DNA from: a virus
Strand: one strand, 5' to 3'
IMG/VR virus record: IMGVR_UViG_3300030503_000465
Length of the DNA: 53,436 nucleotides
Shown here: positions 1 through 8,270 of the stretch, in pieces
How the letters are laid out: each line of letters opens with the position of its first letter
How positions within the stretch are numbered: position 1 is the first letter of the stretch
Position numbers and translations under genes: made by a program
The notes under the pieces: model-generated
What the model saw: the letters and a program-made list of their open reading frames with translations, nothing else
What the model was told of the DNA's origin: nothing
Databases searched by the model: none

Positions 1-127
1 TTGTTTGTGTGCGGAGTATTGCGGAGTAAATATTATACCCATCCATTACAACGCCGCCGGGTGAGTTAATCCAAACTTGTATACTGTCCGGCTTCATGGC
101 ATCCAATGCCATTAACTCGCTCATGAA
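1..127. repeat. 127-bp terminal direct repeat, copy 1. It is identical to 53310..53436 and indicates a circular or circularly permuted 53,309-bp genome.
   Basis: Base-by-base comparison of window start and end: all 127 nt are identical. Confidence 0.95.
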
Positions 128-235
128 CTTTGCCCCGTCTATTCCTTTTCCTGTGGTTGGGTCATAGCCTATGTCGTCATTTAACAACATAATAGGAACT
201 TTCGCCAACGGGTCAACGGTATATATGAAATCCAT
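1..235 (-). CDS. N-terminal end of the ClpP/S49-like prohead protease-scaffold gene. This is the same gene as 52375..53436, read across the circular junction.
   Basis: ATG at 235..233 encodes MDFIYTVDPLAKVPIMLLNDDIGYDPTTGKGIDGAKF. It is in frame with MSELMALDAM..., the sequence that opens the ORF at the window end. Confidence 0.8.
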   Translation of the reverse strand, partial: MDFIYTVDPLAKVPIMLLNDDIGYDPTTGKGIDGAKFMSELMALDAMKPDSIQVWINSPGGVVMDGYNIYSAILRTQT

Positions 236-261
236 TGGTATAAAAGTAAATTAAAGGTTGT

Positions 262-288
262 AATGTGTTTGGAATGTGTGCACACATT
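262..288. promoter_or_regulatory. Candidate operator: perfect 16-bp palindrome AATGTGTGCACACATT (273..288) plus one more AATGTGT half-site 11 bp upstream (262..268).
   Basis: Read directly. It lies in the divergent gap between the protease start (235, minus) and the plus gene at 303, and it abuts a -7 box. Confidence 0.5.
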
Positions 289-291
289 TAT

Positions 292-299
292 TATATTTG
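292..299 (+). promoter_or_regulatory. Bacteroidota-type -7 promoter box TATATTTG, 3 nt before ATG 303.
   Basis: Exact match to the TAnnTTTG consensus. The same 8-mer recurs before several other genes. Confidence 0.5.
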
Positions 300-302
300 A
301 TA

Positions 303-620
303 ATGATCGAAAACGAGCAATACTACTTAGTAACTGCCGACAACTGGTTTGTTGCGCCAGATGGTGATGAATATAGAGGCGTATGGGGAAAATGTAAGGT
401 GGTTAAGGTCGATGAGGCATTCGGATTTACACCACAACGACCTTCAACTAACTGGTTTCTATATATTGGGGATGGTGAAAATCAGGTTATATTGGCAGGT
501 TGCCAAATTCATTATGCAGTTAGATGTAAAGTAAGACCTATTTGCAAAGATGGGTTACACGATATGCCAAATACTGCGACCGATAAAACCAAAATAAATA
601 AGATATTTTTTACCGAATAG
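303..620 (+). CDS. Hypothetical protein, 105 aa.
   Basis: ORF with an ATG directly after a -7 box. The GTG at 276 used by the ORF track lies inside the palindrome. Confidence 0.6.
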   Translation: MIENEQYYLVTADNWFVAPDGDEYRGVWGKCKVVKVDEAFGFTPQRPSTNWFLYIGDGENQVILAGCQIHYAVRCKVRPICKDGLHDMPNTATDKTKINKIFFTE

Positions 621-683
621 CATTTAAAATCTTAGTAATTAGTAAGGATAAGCATGAATAAGCCTAAACACGACGGTGGCTAA

Positions 684-842
684 TTACTTCGTATTCTTCT
701 TATCCAAAAACTCTCTTACAGCCTGTTTAACAATACTGCTTTTACTTTCGCCAGTTTGTTGCGTCAATGCTTGCAAACGTTTTTTATAAACAGGGTCGGG
801 GTAAAATACTTCTCGTCTGTCTTGTGATACACTTTTAGCCAT
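684..842 (-). CDS. Ribbon-helix-helix (CopG/Arc-like) DNA-binding protein, 52 aa.
   Basis: MAKSVSQDRREVFYPDPVYKKRLQALTQQTGESKSSIVKQAVREFLDKKNTK shows a beta-strand then helix-helix pattern. It is below the ORF-track size cutoff and starts 3 nt after the fibre gene. Confidence 0.65.
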   Translation of the reverse strand: MAKSVSQDRREVFYPDPVYKKRLQALTQQTGESKSSIVKQAVREFLDKKNTK

Positions 843-845
843 ATA

Positions 846-1706
846 TTACGATATTCTCTTAATAAATAACCCTGTGGTTGTTGGTTGCATTAGCGATATT
901 GGATTATTTGGCGAACCCGGGTTAACATCCTCTACCGAGTTTGAACCTACTGAAACTGTGGCATATCCGTTGGTGCTTGAGCCAGGCGTTCCTGCAAACT
1001 TTGACCGGGTTTCCAACTGAGGCAAATCATTTGCCGAAATTGTATGTGTATTAGCCCCTTGTTGCTGCCCCAATGTATCGTACGGCGAAGTTCCTGAATA
1101 ACCAGCCGGTACATAACCTGAATATAACGGGTCTATTTCCCATCCTAATGTTAATGGGTGTATTCCGACACCGGATGAAAAATAAGTAGCTAATAAGCTG
1201 TTTTGAGAACCACTACCTGGCATTTGCCATAAAACGGTTTGCCCGATAGCTCCAACCGGCCTATAAGCCAAATTCACAGCATTCACATAATCAAATGCCC
1301 CGCTCCCTGCCAAAGCGGGGCCAAATACTATTTTACGAATATTGTGGACATTTCTGCTTACACCATCCGTAAATACTGAAGGGTCGGCATCTGCTGTATA
1401 TTGCGTTGTTGTTATAGTACCCTCGGCAACGTTGCTGCCTGATATGGTAAATGTTATCGCATCAACTAAGTAAATTTCGCCATTGAAGAATACAGCCCCC
1501 GCTGATATGGTATAGGTCGTACCACTCCCTGTATTTACGCATCCGTACAATATATATCCTTTGGTTACATCGTAAGATGAGCCTATATTGCCCTGCATTA
1601 AAGCATTAAACGCTTCCTGGTAGGCCAATTGCAGAAATAACAACGTGCCGCCTTTGGGGATGAATGATATTCCGGTTGCAATTGGCGTGGTGTCGAGTTT
1701 TTTCAT
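846..1706 (-). CDS. Tail fibre protein with a tail-collar-like C-terminal region.
   Basis: Gly/Ser/Thr-rich beta protein. The segment GANTHTISANDLPQLE resembles the collar-domain motif. Confidence 0.55.
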   Translation of the reverse strand: MKKLDTTPIATGISFIPKGGTLLFLQLAYQEAFNALMQGNIGSSYDVTKGYILYGCVNTGSGTTYTISAGAVFFNGEIYLVDAITFTISGSNVAEGTITTTQYTADADPSVFTDGVSRNVHNIRKIVFGPALAGSGAFDYVNAVNLAYRPVGAIGQTVLWQMPGSGSQNSLLATYFSSGVGIHPLTLGWEIDPLYSGYVPAGYSGTSPYDTLGQQQGANTHTISANDLPQLETRSKFAGTPGSSTNGYATVSVGSNSVEDVNPGSPNNPISLMQPTTTGLFIKRIS

Positions 1707-1709
1707 GGG

Positions 1710-2381
1710 TTAATAGTAAACAAGTTCGTATGTGATTCCAGCATATACATACATATTTATAAATGATGTTAGTAGCGCTACCGCCGCACTGCCCAAAGCC
1801 GTTACAAGCGTGTTTGGCACATGTACCGTACAGTTATACTGCTCACTTAAGGGTGCATCGCTATTGCCAATTGCACCCCCGCTATCCAAATAGCCGACAT
1901 AGCTACTTTCTGCCTCTGTGTATCCAACCTGAAAATAGTTGGTTATGATTGGGTTCGTAGTAATATAAATATCACTTAACCCAGTGCCCGGTTGCCTAAA
2001 TGTAGTACCAAACCACCTATTTAGCGCATACGTTAAAACCAAATTGTTTCCGTTATATGCTAAACGCTCCACCAGCCCGATAAAAAATTGCTGCTGCATA
2101 TACCAGTTATCGGTATCGGTAGGTATGGATGTATTGCCATCAGCCAGCGAAACAAATATGGCTTTCTTATAGTTTACCTTTACACCTCTCGCATAAGTTC
2201 CTGCCGTCCATGCGCCTACGGTTGATCCGTTACGATAATCACCCAACACAGCATCGCGTAAATATTGCACCGTTGATGTGCAGCAATCCGTTAAAAAAGC
2301 CACAAAGTTTTTAAACCTCTTGTCCGGGGGCAAAAGTTCAATAATTTGCTGATTGTAGTTTACGTCGTATTGGTCGGCCAT
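1710..2381 (-). CDS. Hypothetical structural protein, in a position like P2 gpI, associated with fibre or baseplate.
   Basis: Tightly packed between a J-like ORF and the fibre ORF. I saw no diagnostic motif. Confidence 0.3.
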   Translation of the reverse strand: MADQYDVNYNQQIIELLPPDKRFKNFVAFLTDCCTSTVQYLRDAVLGDYRNGSTVGAWTAGTYARGVKVNYKKAIFVSLADGNTSIPTDTDNWYMQQQFFIGLVERLAYNGNNLVLTYALNRWFGTTFRQPGTGLSDIYITTNPIITNYFQVGYTEAESSYVGYLDSGGAIGNSDAPLSEQYNCTVHVPNTLVTALGSAAVALLTSFINMYVYAGITYELVYY

Positions 2382-2382
2382 G

Positions 2383-2550
2383 TTATTTTACAGGTTCAAA
2401 ATATTGCGCTTTGTCATCCATGTACCATGTTGTTTTTCCAGATACATCTTTTACTTTAAAGGCTGTTGGCTCAACAGCCAAAAGCTCATACTCATCATTT
2501 GTGGCTGAATAAACTACCTTATCGCCGACTTTCATTTCTTCTACTTTCAT
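2383..2550 (-). CDS. Small hypothetical protein, 55 aa.
   Basis: ATG 2550 overlaps the upstream stop (ATGA). The sequence MKVEEMKVGDKVVYSATNDEYELLAVEP... looks like a small beta protein. Confidence 0.45.
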   Translation of the reverse strand: MKVEEMKVGDKVVYSATNDEYELLAVEPTAFKVKDVSGKTTWYMDDKAQYFEPVK

Positions 2551-2717
2551 TTTTCTGTTTTTACTAATTCAAAGGCCGAAACCAAATCGATAGGTACGCA
2601 ATAATGAATATTATCAACGCTCCAAAAATAAAAAGCTGTATCGGTAACCTTTGTTACCCGGTACGCCTTACCGCTATTGGTAATGCTTTTACCCTCTTTC
2701 AAATCTTCTTTTTTCAT
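2547..2717 (-). CDS. Small hypothetical protein, 56 aa.
   Basis: ATG at 2717, translationally coupled to the next ORF. Its K-x-G...Y-x-V pattern is similar to 2383..2550 and 5612..5776. Confidence 0.45.
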   Translation of the reverse strand: MKKEDLKEGKSITNSGKAYRVTKVTDTAFYFWSVDNIHYCVPIDLVSAFELVKTEK

Positions 2718-2719
2718 AA

Positions 2720-3559
2720 TTATTGTGCTATAAAAGTTAAACTATCAGCCAAAGTATCGCCAGTTGTTGTTTCGCTAACAAGATACCCCGCTACCGTACT
2801 ATACGTTCTGCTAATAACCTGGTTATCCTGTATCAAATAAGTGCCATCTGCAAATGATGTTCCATCTGTACGGGCTTTTACGTTAGTAAGTATAACATCA
2901 TTAACGCCTGGTACAGCACGTATGGCTAATTCAATATCAGATAATTTCAGCGTCCCGTTAAATGTTAGTGCGGCTAAAAGTGCGTTGATCGCATTAATAA
3001 CTGTTTCCTGAATAATTGCACTGTATTGCCCCTGGTAGTAAACATTTGCGCCGATATACAATTCATCTGCATTGGCAGATGTAACCACATAATTAATGGT
3101 TGCGCCTATTGCGTCTACATAACTTTGCGCAGCCGATAACTGGTCGCTGGTCAATGCCTGCGGCGGATTTCCGGTTGCCACCTTTATGAGTGTTTGTCCC
3201 GAAACGGTTGTTACTACACTTGCACGGCTTATGATCTGATATGCTGTATTTACGGTAGGGTAAGCGGGCGCGAAATTGATAAGCTGTATAATTTGCGGTA
3301 TGGTTTCATTATACTGAAATAGCAACATTTGATTCTGAAGCCATGCTGCACTTGCGGGTGCTGCGGTTGACGCGATGGTCTCAACCTGTGTAGTGAAAAT
3401 ATCTATCAGGCTCTCCAGAATATTGATAGCCGTAGCAAGAATAAAAGTCAATAACCGGTATATCGCACGTTTAGAGGTTGATGTAAGTCCGCTTAATGTT
3501 GGGTCGGCGGCAATGTCGGCGAGCATGAGATTTTGTATAACTGCGATTGATCTGGCCAT
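2720..3559 (-). CDS. Putative baseplate wedge protein (J/gp47-like).
   Basis: 279 aa. Composition and the position upstream of fibre genes fit, but I saw no firm motif. Confidence 0.35.
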   Translation of the reverse strand: MARSIAVIQNLMLADIAADPTLSGLTSTSKRAIYRLLTFILATAINILESLIDIFTTQVETIASTAAPASAAWLQNQMLLFQYNETIPQIIQLINFAPAYPTVNTAYQIISRASVVTTVSGQTLIKVATGNPPQALTSDQLSAAQSYVDAIGATINYVVTSANADELYIGANVYYQGQYSAIIQETVINAINALLAALTFNGTLKLSDIELAIRAVPGVNDVILTNVKARTDGTSFADGTYLIQDNQVISRTYSTVAGYLVSETTTGDTLADSLTFIAQ

Positions 3560-3560
3560 C

Positions 3561-3752
3561 TTAATTAGGGTCTGATATATTATTGGGATCGCTTAATCCC
3601 TGTATTACTGTTCCTGTAGTATTAGCTATACCGCTATCAAAAGTAATAATACCATTTACAATTATTTCAGCCGAATTCTCAATAGCGATAACGGTATTGC
3701 CATCAACTACCTGTATGCTTTCAATATATTGAACTTTTGTTAGTTGTGTCAT
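3561..3752 (-). CDS. Hypothetical protein, 63 aa.
   Basis: ORF in an operon with 1-nt spacing. Confidence 0.5.
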   Translation of the reverse strand: MTQLTKVQYIESIQVVDGNTVIAIENSAEIIVNGIITFDSGIANTTGTVIQGLSDPNNISDPN

Positions 3753-3910
3753 TATTGTGCGTAAATTAATATCTGCCTGTCATCATGTAATGGCTCAAAT
3801 ACTATTTCTTTCTTAATATCACTATCGAATTGCCTGTCATAAATTTGCACGATTAACTCGTAATCGTTTGGCATCCATTCTATTTGTTGTTTTAGTTCAG
3901 CTACTGTCAT
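3752..3910 (-). CDS. Small hypothetical protein, 52 aa.
   Basis: TAATG overlaps at both ends. Sequence MTVAELKQQIEWMPNDYELIVQIYD... Confidence 0.45.
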   Translation of the reverse strand: MTVAELKQQIEWMPNDYELIVQIYDRQFDSDIKKEIVFEPLHDDRQILIYAQ

Positions 3911-4458
3911 TATTCGCTTTCGGTTAAACCACCTGTTATTACTAATTCAGTCGGCGGTGTACTATTAATGTATATCCCCCTGCCAACATCAAAACCACTT
4001 CCTTTACTATCAGTAAACCCGGTAGTAAATTCAATCAAATATACATAAATATTATCATGCTCATAATCTTGCTCTTCTGCGGTTAAACACATATTACCGC
4101 AAGCGGTGGGCCTGTAATCTGATAAGCAGGCAATAACCTGATCGCGCAAATCAAAAATCGGCAAGTCCTGTGCAAAAGTACCATCCTGCGCATCCGTAAA
4201 CCAATGCTCCAAATGTATGCGGAAAACAATATCCGATTCCGACACGCCATTGCCTAAACGGTTATATGTGGCAGGTTTTATTACCTCAACAAACGCGGCA
4301 GCGTCGGGGTATGCTTCTATTTTACCTGCGGTACGCCATTTACGCTGATTGTTGAAAATACGGGTATATAGCGGTACAGTTTGCGCATCCTGATTCTGTA
4401 CTTGAATGGTGGCAAGTTGGGTTAAGACATCGGTTATCGCGGGTTTAATTCCAGGCAT
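3910..4458 (-). CDS. Putative head-tail joining or tail-completion protein.
   Basis: 182 aa, directly downstream of a Mu gpG-like gene. The call rests on position only. Confidence 0.35.
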   Translation of the reverse strand: MPGIKPAITDVLTQLATIQVQNQDAQTVPLYTRIFNNQRKWRTAGKIEAYPDAAAFVEVIKPATYNRLGNGVSESDIVFRIHLEHWFTDAQDGTFAQDLPIFDLRDQVIACLSDYRPTACGNMCLTAEEQDYEHDNIYVYLIEFTTGFTDSKGSGFDVGRGIYINSTPPTELVITGGLTESE

Positions 4459-4618
4459 TACTCATTTGTGCTGCTGTCATACCATTTGTTGACACGTTAA
4501 TAATTACACCTATGCCGTCTTTGTTAGCTTGCTCAATAGCTTTTACATACTCATCCATTTGCTCCTTAGAGCATCCGCATGTATTTATATTAATCACTAT
4601 CGGCTTTTGCTCTACCAT
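4445..4618 (-). CDS. Small hypothetical protein, 57 aa.
   Basis: ATG 4618 overlaps the upstream gene's end, and the ORF overlaps the downstream start. Confidence 0.4.
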   Translation of the reverse strand: MVEQKPIVININTCGCSKEQMDEYVKAIEQANKDGIGVIINVSTNGMTAAQMSNAWN

Positions 4619-5073
4619 ACCTTATCCATATATCTAACAATCCTGCCCTTTAATATTTTCCTTAGCGCCGGGCTATCACCCATAAACTTGCGCTGCACCA
4701 TTTTCGTAGTGCCATCATTCAAATATCCCGCATAATCAACAACGCTATCATCAATTGCAAGTGTAACCGTAAAGTTAAAACCTTTATTTACAACTTTTGC
4801 ATTACCGGCCAATAATGATACTTCCCGGCGTAAACGACCAGTCCCTGTTAGTATGGGTTTGTCACGCCGGGAAAGTCCTTTTGTTTTCGGGTATTTCCAT
4901 TCAGGTGTGCCCGGTATCCTACGCTGTACTTCTGCCCAATGTCCGCCGTTCCAGCCCTGATCTTTAAAAGCTCCTAAAAAGTATTTTTGAGCATCGTTAG
5001 CAAGCAATACGGGCAATTCCCGTTTTACTTGTGCGATGTTGTCTTTTACTTTTTGGAAGTTGAATTTGCTCAT
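4612..5073 (-). CDS. Virion morphogenesis protein (Mu gpG / HK97 gp10-like).
   Basis: PILTGTGRLRREVS resembles the t-G-x-L motif of the phage virion morphogenesis family. Confidence 0.5.
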   Translation of the reverse strand: MSKFNFQKVKDNIAQVKRELPVLLANDAQKYFLGAFKDQGWNGGHWAEVQRRIPGTPEWKYPKTKGLSRRDKPILTGTGRLRREVSLLAGNAKVVNKGFNFTVTLAIDDSVVDYAGYLNDGTTKMVQRKFMGDSPALRKILKGRIVRYMDKVW

Positions 5074-5336
5074 GGTCGTGGTCTTGCCATATCGGTAATC
5101 GGTTGTGTTTTGATTGGCTTAATAAATGTAAGCACCCCGTCTTTCCCAACAGAGTATGTGCCATTGCGTTCGGGATGTATCTTATCAATAACACCTACCA
5201 CATTGCCACCAATAGGACGTGCAATACCTCCATTGCTAAGTGTTACAGATACGCCTTTATAGCGGGGCTGTTGTTTCTTAGGAATACGCCTCCACACGCC
5301 AACTATAATAACCAATATGACGATTGCTATCCACAT
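5070..5336 (-). CDS. Hypothetical membrane-anchored protein.
   Basis: N-terminal hydrophobic helix MWIAIVILVIIVGVW. Confidence 0.5.
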   Translation of the reverse strand: MWIAIVILVIIVGVWRRIPKKQQPRYKGVSVTLSNGGIARPIGGNVVGVIDKIHPERNGTYSVGKDGVLTFIKPIKTQPITDMARPRP

Positions 5337-5337
5337 A

Positions 5338-5628
5338 CTAATTAACCAACTCCATTTTTGGCTTTTTAAGTTCCCAGTAAATATCTTTAATCATTAGCGT
5401 AGTGCCCTTGCGAACTATCACATCGTCAAAATGAACCGTTTCATCTGAAAAGTCATATTCAGGTATTTGAGCCTTAACAAAAGCACAAAAGTCACCCCAC
5501 ATTTTAGGATGCAATACAATATGTTCTACCTGTTTGCCGAATTTACCGTAATGGTTTATACATTCGGCAACAACATCAACGGCTAAATTACCTGTTGGTT
5601 TATATGGGCGGTTATTTATACTCATCAA
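5338..5628 (-). CDS. Hypothetical protein, 96 aa.
   Basis: ORF in an operon. Confidence 0.55.
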   Translation of the reverse strand: MMSINNRPYKPTGNLAVDVVAECINHYGKFGKQVEHIVLHPKMWGDFCAFVKAQIPEYDFSDETVHFDDVIVRKGTTLMIKDIYWELKKPKMELVN

Positions 5629-5776
5629 CTTCTGTACTTTTATCTAAAACAAATAAATGATTATCACCTAAACGAACTATCAAAACCTTACCATCCTTTT
5701 GTACTTCTTTTACGTAATATGAATTACCGTTAAGTAAAAATTTGCCTTGTGGTTTTATGTCGCTTAGTTTTGTCAT
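5612..5776 (-). CDS. Small hypothetical protein, 54 aa.
   Basis: MTKLSDIKPQGKFLLNGNSYYVKEVQKDGKVLIV... overlaps the next start. Confidence 0.4.
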   Translation of the reverse strand: MTKLSDIKPQGKFLLNGNSYYVKEVQKDGKVLIVRLGDNHLFVLDKSTEVDEYK

Positions 5777-5785
5777 TGTATAAAG

Positions 5786-5926
5786 TTAAATATATTTAAT
5801 TATATATTTTTCTAATTCATTAAAATTTGCACCAAAGGCCATTGCGCATACAATTAACACCCTAACATTTTGTGGCATTCGATTTGCCTTAGACAATAGA
5901 TCAACCAATTTCTCTGTATCAGTCAT
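5786..5926 (-). CDS. Small hypothetical protein, 46 aa.
   Basis: ATG 5926 overlaps the Mu-F-like gene's stop (ATGACTGA). The longer 96-aa ORF-track version would run inside that gene. Confidence 0.35.
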   Translation of the reverse strand: MTDTEKLVDLLSKANRMPQNVRVLIVCAMAFGANFNELEKYIIKYI

Positions 5927-6719
5927 TTTCCGGCACGTTAAACCCAAAATTCCGTTTCGCCTCGCCTTTCGGCACATCCTCAAAATACGGATGGCTTGGC
6001 GGGAATATTTCACCTGTTTTACCCGGATTGTTTTGGAAATCTTCGGGTATGTTATCATCAACCGGCAAATCATCAATCTTGCTTTGCTCCCACGGCGTTG
6101 CGTCGTCAGATGGAATGAGGATGCACATGCAGTTAAAATGTAACAAAGGTGTTGCTACGTCCCATATAGGATTATCGACCGGCGCCGTTAATCCATCAAA
6201 TGGATCGCACTCGGGACAGGCGTTTCCATCTGTACTAAACGTCAACATCGGTAAAATATCTTTATTAGCTTCGATACTCGCCCACTGTTTAGCCATTTGT
6301 GATTGACCTATAGCAGTCGTATATTCTGCTTTTGCCCACGAATCTAAATATGTCCCGGCTATATCTTGGCCTTGTGCATAAAACTTATTAAACGGTTGTA
6401 TTTTGCCGTTTTCATCAGTTAACGCATCGGTAGCAGCTTTAGTGAATTGATAGGTCTTTGCGGCGCTGAATAACCAAACATTTTCCCGTAAGTCGGTTAA
6501 TAACTCTTCGTTTGCGGTTGATACGTTTTTAAGTGTATTGCCAAAGCCCTGATAAACCGCCTTAGTGTAATATTCCCCCAATGCCTTATATAATGGTTCA
6601 GGCAAATTCATTTCAGTTATTACACCGGAATGAATATCTGTGAGCAGGCGCTTCAATTGCCCGTCTGTATATTTGGGTTTTTGGGCGGTCATTTTGGTAA
6701 CATATTTACTAACTTCCAA
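5919..6719 (-). CDS. Minor head protein, Mu F / SPP1 gp7 family.
   Basis: PLLHFNCMCILIP matches the conserved H-p-n-C-x-C motif. The gene lies just downstream of the portal. Confidence 0.7.
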   Translation of the reverse strand: MEVSKYVTKMTAQKPKYTDGQLKRLLTDIHSGVITEMNLPEPLYKALGEYYTKAVYQGFGNTLKNVSTANEELLTDLRENVWLFSAAKTYQFTKAATDALTDENGKIQPFNKFYAQGQDIAGTYLDSWAKAEYTTAIGQSQMAKQWASIEANKDILPMLTFSTDGNACPECDPFDGLTAPVDNPIWDVATPLLHFNCMCILIPSDDATPWEQSKIDDLPVDDNIPEDFQNNPGKTGEIFPPSHPYFEDVPKGEAKRNFGFNVPEND

Positions 6720-6874
6720 AAGTCAACATCTTTATCCGTAAACTCGAAATCATAAGCATTAAAAGTTAACCGCATATTATTGCCGTTCTTTTCAAGTGTA
6801 TGTGAAGATGTTGAGGCTACAATCCTGTCGCCGTCCTGTACTATTAATACGCCGTTTGGGTTATTGAATGTCAT
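6689..6874 (-). CDS. Hypothetical protein, 61 aa.
   Basis: ORF overlapping both neighbours by a few nt. Confidence 0.45.
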   Translation of the reverse strand: MTFNNPNGVLIVQDGDRIVASTSSHTLEKNGNNMRLTFNAYDFEFTDKDVDFWKLVNMLPK

Positions 6875-8268
6875 GCCGTCAACTTATACAACCTATCCAA
6901 TTTATTTTTAATCTTATCAGGCTGTTGCTTTGCGTTCGGGTCTGGCGCCTGAATAATCGGTGCAGGCGGCGGTGGTATTTCAGTGGTTGGTATGCCTGTG
7001 GTTTTAGCAAAATACGCCGCATCCATTACAAGCCCTGCATTTTTCATAGCGACCGCAACATTAGCCAATGCCTGCGCATTTAAGTTGTCGCGTTCAACCG
7101 TTTCCTGCACTTCATCATCATTTAAAAAAACAAACTTAACACCCTGCGGCATCTGCCCTATTTTAAATAATTTAGGAAACAGCATTTTATTTACCACACG
7201 CTCAACAAAGCGCCCATCCTCGATTTGTATTTCACTTAATGCTTTTTGTACAGGGCTTTCATCGCCTCCCTGGTCTGCGCCTAATTTGCCGGGAGTACTA
7301 TCAAGCGCATCGGAATGCCCTAAGATTAACTTACTGATCTTATTCTCACAGCGTTTCTCTAAGTTGTCGTACCCGTTCCATCCAGTCCCCGCTAAAGCGG
7401 CTTCAAGGAATTGTATATCATCCTGCGGGTCGGTTATGGCGTAACCATTTGCGCCCATGTTGGCGATTGCATTTTCCAGTTCGCCACGTTCTGTTTCATC
7501 AGATTTTGTGGTTTTAGCATGAACATACGGCATTGAAAACCGTTCCACAAAATCACCGTTATACCCTAATAGGTTACGAAGGAATATCTCATATAACCCG
7601 ACATTGTAAAACAATCCATATCCGCAAGGCGATGTGCCGGTTTCGCTGGGCGTGTTTACATATACATGCCAGTCTTTTACTTCATCGGCCCGGAAATCCT
7701 GGCCTACAATAGCGTAGTCGTAGCTGGTAACATTATACCTATCCGGCGAAGTGTTCCACCGCTTAACTATGGTTAAGTTTGGTAAATCATTGTCGATAAT
7801 ATCACCTAACGCAATTAGCGAATAACCGTAAAACAAAGCATCTAATGAATAATTCAAAAACTTCAAAAACCATTCACACTCTCCAAGTGCCTGTGTTGGT
7901 ATGTCAAGTGTTTTACCCGACATATCCTGTAGTTCGAACTTGCGCAGGGTGGTTAGCCGCTTACGCTTAAGTGTACACGCTTTAACATGGCCATTTAACG
8001 CCGTGTCTAAATACATGCGCTGCATTTTGATACGCTGCGGATAGTACGCTAACTCTGCTTCGTTAACAGCATCGCGCCACATCCTTACATCGGTTTTTAA
8101 ACGGAGTAGCTGTACTGGCGCTATGTAGTTGCTAAGGTTATGCTTTATTGCAGGTGGTAACTGTTGCTGACCTTGTAATGCCGACGTAGGGCTTTGTACA
8201 CCTTGTATCGGGCTTGCATAGGTCATTTGCTGCGTGGCAAAGTTTTTTTGACGGTTTCTTTTACTCAT
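6871..8268 (-). CDS. Portal protein (Mu gp29 / DUF935-like).
   Basis: 465 aa, located between the terminase and the Mu-F-like gene. Confidence 0.7.
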   Translation of the reverse strand: MSKRNRQKNFATQQMTYASPIQGVQSPTSALQGQQQLPPAIKHNLSNYIAPVQLLRLKTDVRMWRDAVNEAELAYYPQRIKMQRMYLDTALNGHVKACTLKRKRLTTLRKFELQDMSGKTLDIPTQALGECEWFLKFLNYSLDALFYGYSLIALGDIIDNDLPNLTIVKRWNTSPDRYNVTSYDYAIVGQDFRADEVKDWHVYVNTPSETGTSPCGYGLFYNVGLYEIFLRNLLGYNGDFVERFSMPYVHAKTTKSDETERGELENAIANMGANGYAITDPQDDIQFLEAALAGTGWNGYDNLEKRCENKISKLILGHSDALDSTPGKLGADQGGDESPVQKALSEIQIEDGRFVERVVNKMLFPKLFKIGQMPQGVKFVFLNDDEVQETVERDNLNAQALANVAVAMKNAGLVMDAAYFAKTTGIPTTEIPPPPAPIIQAPDPNAKQQPDKIKNKLDRLYKLTA

Positions 8269-8270
8269 AG

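Noticed and set aside
1-127. The terminal repeat as a biological direct terminal repeat.
   Set aside because: An exact 127-nt overlap at the contig ends, cutting through a gene, is more simply an assembly k-mer overlap of a circular or permuted genome. The sequence alone cannot exclude a real direct terminal repeat.
6983-7444. Plus-strand ORF, 153 aa, inside the portal gene. The same applies to 52577..52978, 49526..49882, 40163..40513, 43874..44206 and 19162..19482.
   Set aside because: All are antisense shadows of long, well-supported genes or cross intergenic promoters. They have low-complexity or Cys/Ser-rich out-of-frame composition.
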